Positions 59,901-64,000 of a DNA stretch of 64,000 nucleotides are shown here, in pieces. Origin of the DNA: Bilabrum cf. latius (Eukaryota); the NCBI GenBank assembly GCA_965178125.1, contig OZ237768.1, positions 62,001-126,000 on the forward strand, read 5' to 3'. The translations under genes were made by a program, and so were the position numbers. How positions within the stretch are numbered: the stretch's first letter is position 1; each line of letters starts with the position of its first letter. Below the pieces are notes generated by a model. The model ran no database searches. It worked only from the letters and a program-made list of their open reading frames with translations, and was not told where the DNA came from.

Positions 59901-62900
59901 ATTTGGGATCGCACTACTTGGTGGGCTTGCCACGGTTGGCAGTTCTTCAAGGCGTTCTGGAGGCTGGATCCATCCAGGCGTACTCCTTCCGCTGATATCG
60001 TCAGGACCTCGCTGGAATCCAGTTCAATATCCTTGACAATTCTGCGGAGGACTTTCGCATTGACGATGCGATGCGGCTGTCCCGCCTCGTAGTCGAGTAC
60101 TGCTGTCCTACGCATCAACCTGCGGCTACCTTTGTTTGCTTGAGGACAGTGCAATCGCCTAGCAGACCGGCGGGCTGCCGAAAGTGCTCGTGCGATGCTG
60201 TTGCAAAGGGCGTTGCTGCCTTCTCTGGCAGATTGGCGTAGGGCACGTAGTCGGGCTCTAGCTCTCACTCCTTTGCCACCGAGGATTTTCAGCAGCTAGA
60301 GGCAGAGCGACTTCAATGCCCATACTCTTTTCAGGGACACCCTCTCCGATATAGCTCTCCTTCTCTTGGTCATTGAGCTGCGCATTCCTCTTCGCTGGAA
60401 GTCGTGGGTCCGTTTGCTCCCAGCTTTCTTGAGGGCCTTGAGGGCGGTGTCGCCGATGTGATCGACCAATTCTTCCATGACCCCATGGATATGGTCTCGA
60501 TCCGCCCTCTTGCGCACCAGTCGGTTCAGGGCCGCTGATATTCTCGGTAGATCTGATCGCTCGAAGCATGTGTACACGACTGCTTCCGCTGCTTCACGTT
60601 TTCGTGGGTGGCTTGGCAACCGGTAGGTCTCCGATTTCTGGCGGATGCCAGTAGCTGTCACTTGGTCGCCCTTCCTCGCCGAGACTTGCACGATCTAGGC
60701 TTGGTGGTCGTTCCAGTTCTCAGTGGCTCGTCCTGGGTCACGATTGGTGCGTGTGGTCGAGTCGCGATGAAAGCTGCCTAGCAGGATACCGTCCAGGCAC
60801 CCGCCTTTTGCGTGCGTGGGTAGAGTGTCAGTGGCCAGGGAGAACATGCAGTGGTCCTGGGGGGTCTTCGGCAGCTCCTCCGGGATGGCTTGGATGTCCT
60901 GTGGTCTGTTGAAGTCTCCCAGCACAATGAGCTTCGTCATGTCAAACGAGTGCAAGTAGTGCCCCTCCGGCGCAGTTGCACTCGCCTGCTACATGTTGCA
61001 GATCATGTGGGTGAAGGTGTCTCGCTCCGCATTGCCAGGCAGCGGGTTGTAGACTGCCAGCAGGTGGGCCGCTGTTACACCATGCATCTAGATATCCACC
61101 AGGAAGCAGTCACTGGGGTGGTCGAGTCCCGTGTCTGTTCCGTTGCGCGGTTTCAGTTCCAGTCCCTCCGTCGTCTGGTCTGCTGCGATCACCATGCCGT
61201 GTCCGCCAGTGGCGGTTTTTCCCTTACTGTAGCCTGAGACCCTGCCATTCGGCGATGCAAATGGTTCGAACTCCTGGGTATCGTCAGCTTGGTCACGGCC
61301 AGATTCGGTGAGTACCATTACGTGGCTGTAGTCCATGTCTGCCCACGCTTTGTGGATGTCTTGTACGTTGGATCTGCGGCCTACATTGAGGTGGCCAATC
61401 CGTAGTAACGTCTACTTAGCGTCTACTGTTCTCCCGATGACCTCCCTGGAGGCGTAGATTCGGTCGATATCGATTTCGACTTGTTCCACTGCTTCTGATC
61501 GGGGTACTTGGAGTTTCACGTACAGGTCCAGCTAATGTGCTTTCATGAGCAGGCCTGGGTCTGCTGTCGCGGACTTACCGGCCAGCGTGTCTTTGACTGG
61601 GCTGGTCAGAAGGAAGTCAAGGATGTCCTTATCTAGACGCCAGTCCAAGATTGGGGGAGGCGATGGACCTCCCGCTCCAGAGGCTGGGCCGTTCTCCGAT
61701 TGAATGAGTTCCAGTTCTGACTGCAGCTGATCTGGTGAGGGCTCCTTGTGGAAAGCAATCACCAGGTGCACTCCATGGTCCAGTTTGATGCCAGCATCCA
61801 GCTACTGCGGGTCAATCCTGCCCATCAGGATCTTGGGGACGCTTCCCTGTGCCTTGACCATACTTGCGAGATCTCCTTCCGGAGGTATCGTTGCGCAGGG
61901 CTGCATTGGCACACTGTCCGTCTCGATGTATGGGCATCCGGTAAGCGAGGCCCCAGATGGCATGAGTGATATGCACGAGGCATGCTGGTCCGAGATCATC
62001 ACCACATGTCTCGGTGCTGCACCCCTAGCCTGGGCGATCCTTGCTACCAACTCCGAGCTCGTGCGGATCTACTTAGGCGCAATGATGTACGCTCTGGCGT
62101 GTGTATCCTCACAGCATCTGGAAATCGATCTCGCGCCTGTCAGCATCTGGGCCACACTTGCTCTGCCGCTCGAGTCTGGGTCTCGACGCATCAGGATATT
62201 GATGTGTTCTTTCGTGAGGCATCCACCGACGCACATGCTCATGGCGCGGGTAGCACACGATTCTGAGTCGCTGCTGGAGTTTGGCAGTCTCAGCTTGGCG
62301 ATCGTGCCGTCCGGGCTTTTGCAGTGGATCGTTGAGCCGTCTTCACAGTGAATCGCACAGAAACCATTCTTCGATTCGTCGAATGTCTGTAGCAGATCTT
62401 CCGCGTCGGTGTGCATGCAGTGGAGCTTGATGCCTTGGCCCATGTACTTCGACAGCGATGATGCGAGTTTGGCTTTGAGGCGAGAAGGCTCAAAGACCAT
62501 CGATCTTGCGGAGTATGGCTGGTATGGAGCCACCCCTGCTGCGTAATCCACCGAAGTTACGATCACTCGTGCATTCCAGGCTTCCTGGTAGATTGGTAGT
62601 GATGGTCTCGGGGCTGTCTCCGGGTCTGCTGCAGTTGCCACGAGTTGAGCCTCCTCTTCAGGTCCAGATACCTTTAGACGCATTCTAGCGGGCAGGTACT
62701 ATCGGACAATGCAGGTTGGTTCCCCCGTCGTGGTGATTTCCGTGATAGGTAGATTCGTCGCCGTGGCTGCAGACTGGAGTAAAGAGCTGTTGCCTCGGAG
62801 CGGGGCCCAGTTCTCCCACTCCATCTCTCCCATGGCAGAGAGTTCCTCTTCGCCCTCTTCGCGTAGGTACGTTGCAAACCTTCTGATTCTCTGGTACTTC

Positions 62901-63037
62901 TCCGAGAGTTCCGTGGTCCTTTCCGAGTCTGCAGCTGTTGCTGCTCCGGGTGGGACCTGGGGTGGCTCTCTGGTTAGGAGTGAGTCGATCTGCATGATTT
63001 CCTCAGTCGAGGGTTTCGGGCGGGACGTCGCGTACAT
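56939..63037 (-). mobile_element. Non-LTR retrotransposon, single ~2032-aa ORF: unknown N-terminal region, AP endonuclease, reverse transcriptase, C-terminal region (element ends not defined)
   Basis: Twelve ORF-track fragments from 63037 to 56939 share one frame, joined by 15 TAGs, ending at TAA 56939-56941. APE motifs: LRIGHLNV, VMVLTES, LLAVYNP, LIVLGDFN, CLDGILL, NDH. RT motifs: ATGPDNIP, DYRPI, QCGF, FIDLKGAFDRV, GVLQGGPVSPLLF, SYADD, YDYLGV. Confidence 0.93.
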
Positions 63038-63679
63038 AGACTTTAGTCCAAAGGTGATCGCCGCAGTGCAGTAGTCATGGAAGTCTTGAAAGAATGCTCG
63101 CCGTCCGGTTGTGGTCTTGAACTGGGGCGCTCGGCAGTGTGATTCGTTGTGCTTCTCTCGGGTTCGTTGGATCCACGGATCGACACTGAAGTTTTAACCC
63201 TGCCGGTACACCGCATCGTTGGGCTTATTCGATCGGTGTTGCACCCTGATGTCAAATTTTTGTATATGCATCTTGCTATCCGTGTGCGCTACTTCGCTTG
63301 GAAGGCGGGTACAGCGGCAGCGGGTGCTGTCAGCCCAAAACGCTGACTCGAACGCTGAGCTCGTGAGCCTTAGTGGCGATTAGATTGTGCATGACTTTGC
63401 CACGCAGAAGTCGACAACGGTATTTATTCAGGACAAGCTCCAAAGCACCGATGGTTCGGCGCTAGAGTTTGACCCAGAGGCGATACGCTGGAGAGTAACT
63501 CTGCTGTATCGGGGCGCGGCTGTGCCTCCCGACCAGCCTATTTTCCTTGGCACCGAGGTGAATGATCTGTACAACTATGGCAAGTGGGTCCGATCGTCGG
63601 GGCGGTCATACGCACAGCATGGGGGTGAGCAGCAACCGCTGGTACGGGACGCGCAGAAATAGTCCTGTCCTGTTTCCAG

Positions 63680-64000
63680 TCCTGCCTCGCGAGCAGCGTG
63701 CAAACAGCGCATGCCCCGGGTTCAGCCGGCTTCAATCCAGCTATCTTAGAGCATGCACTACTCTCCATCGCAGAACATCCCGTCGCGGAGTCCGCGCTGT
63801 ACATCGCCCAGCACCACAAAGAGCTGCGGGACGCATCCATCGAGCGGCCCCCGCCCGCCGCCATCCGATGGCTTTGCGACACCCTCAACAACATGCGCGC
63901 AGAGGCCGCGGTGCGCGGGCAGTACAAACGGGTCCGCGATTGGTTTCTCGTGCTCATGCAGATCGCCCGCGCCGGCTCGCTCTCGGGTGCCTGCAGTGAG
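63680..64000 (+). CDS. Probable partial coding exon of unknown product, running off the window end
   Basis: Open, protein-like frame ...GSAGFNPAILEHALLSIAEHPVAESALYIAQHHKELRDASIERPPPAAIRWLCDTLNNMRAEAAVRGQYKRVRDWFLVLMQIAR follows a possible acceptor TGTTTCCAG. No recognisable motif. Confidence 0.35.

Noticed and set aside
6343-63037. Pyrrolysine insertion or programmed stop-codon readthrough at UAG
   Set aside because: There are too many sites per gene (including adjacent TAG TAG at 14623-14628), no shared downstream context, interchange with CAG, and no pyl genes; pyrrolysine is not known from eukaryotes.
1-64000. Suppressor tRNA(CUA), eRF1 or other RNA genes explaining the recoding
   Set aside because: None was recognisable in this window; tRNAscan-SE and Infernal on the whole genome are needed.

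Overview
GC-rich eukaryotic nuclear DNA, most likely from a flagellated protist (inference from delta-tubulin, an Sfi1-repeat protein and GT-AG introns). The ORF track looks fragmented because this genome does not appear to use the standard code. Every gene modelled here is interrupted only by in-frame TAG (about 80 by manual count) and ends at TAA or TGA. Repeat and paralogue comparisons mostly pair TAG with CAG, so the best reading is UAG=Gln with UAA and UGA remaining stops. Under that code the window contains, in order: an 82-bp satellite (1-3015); a delta-tubulin with large insertions, head-to-head with a ~3400-aa Sfi1-repeat/EF-hand protein; a 152-aa coiled-coil protein; two tandem LRR-like paralogues with patchy hypervariability; a ~4076-aa IQ/ARM-repeat protein; an X-Y-X-Y-X duplication (7.2-kb period) carrying two copies of a cell-surface protein with a micro-exon-encoded S/T/P stalk; a secreted GH35 beta-galactosidase; and an apparently intact single-ORF APE+RT non-LTR retrotransposon (~2032 aa) that itself uses TAG as a sense codon. 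All coordinates, counts and splice sites were derived by eye and need computational confirmation.
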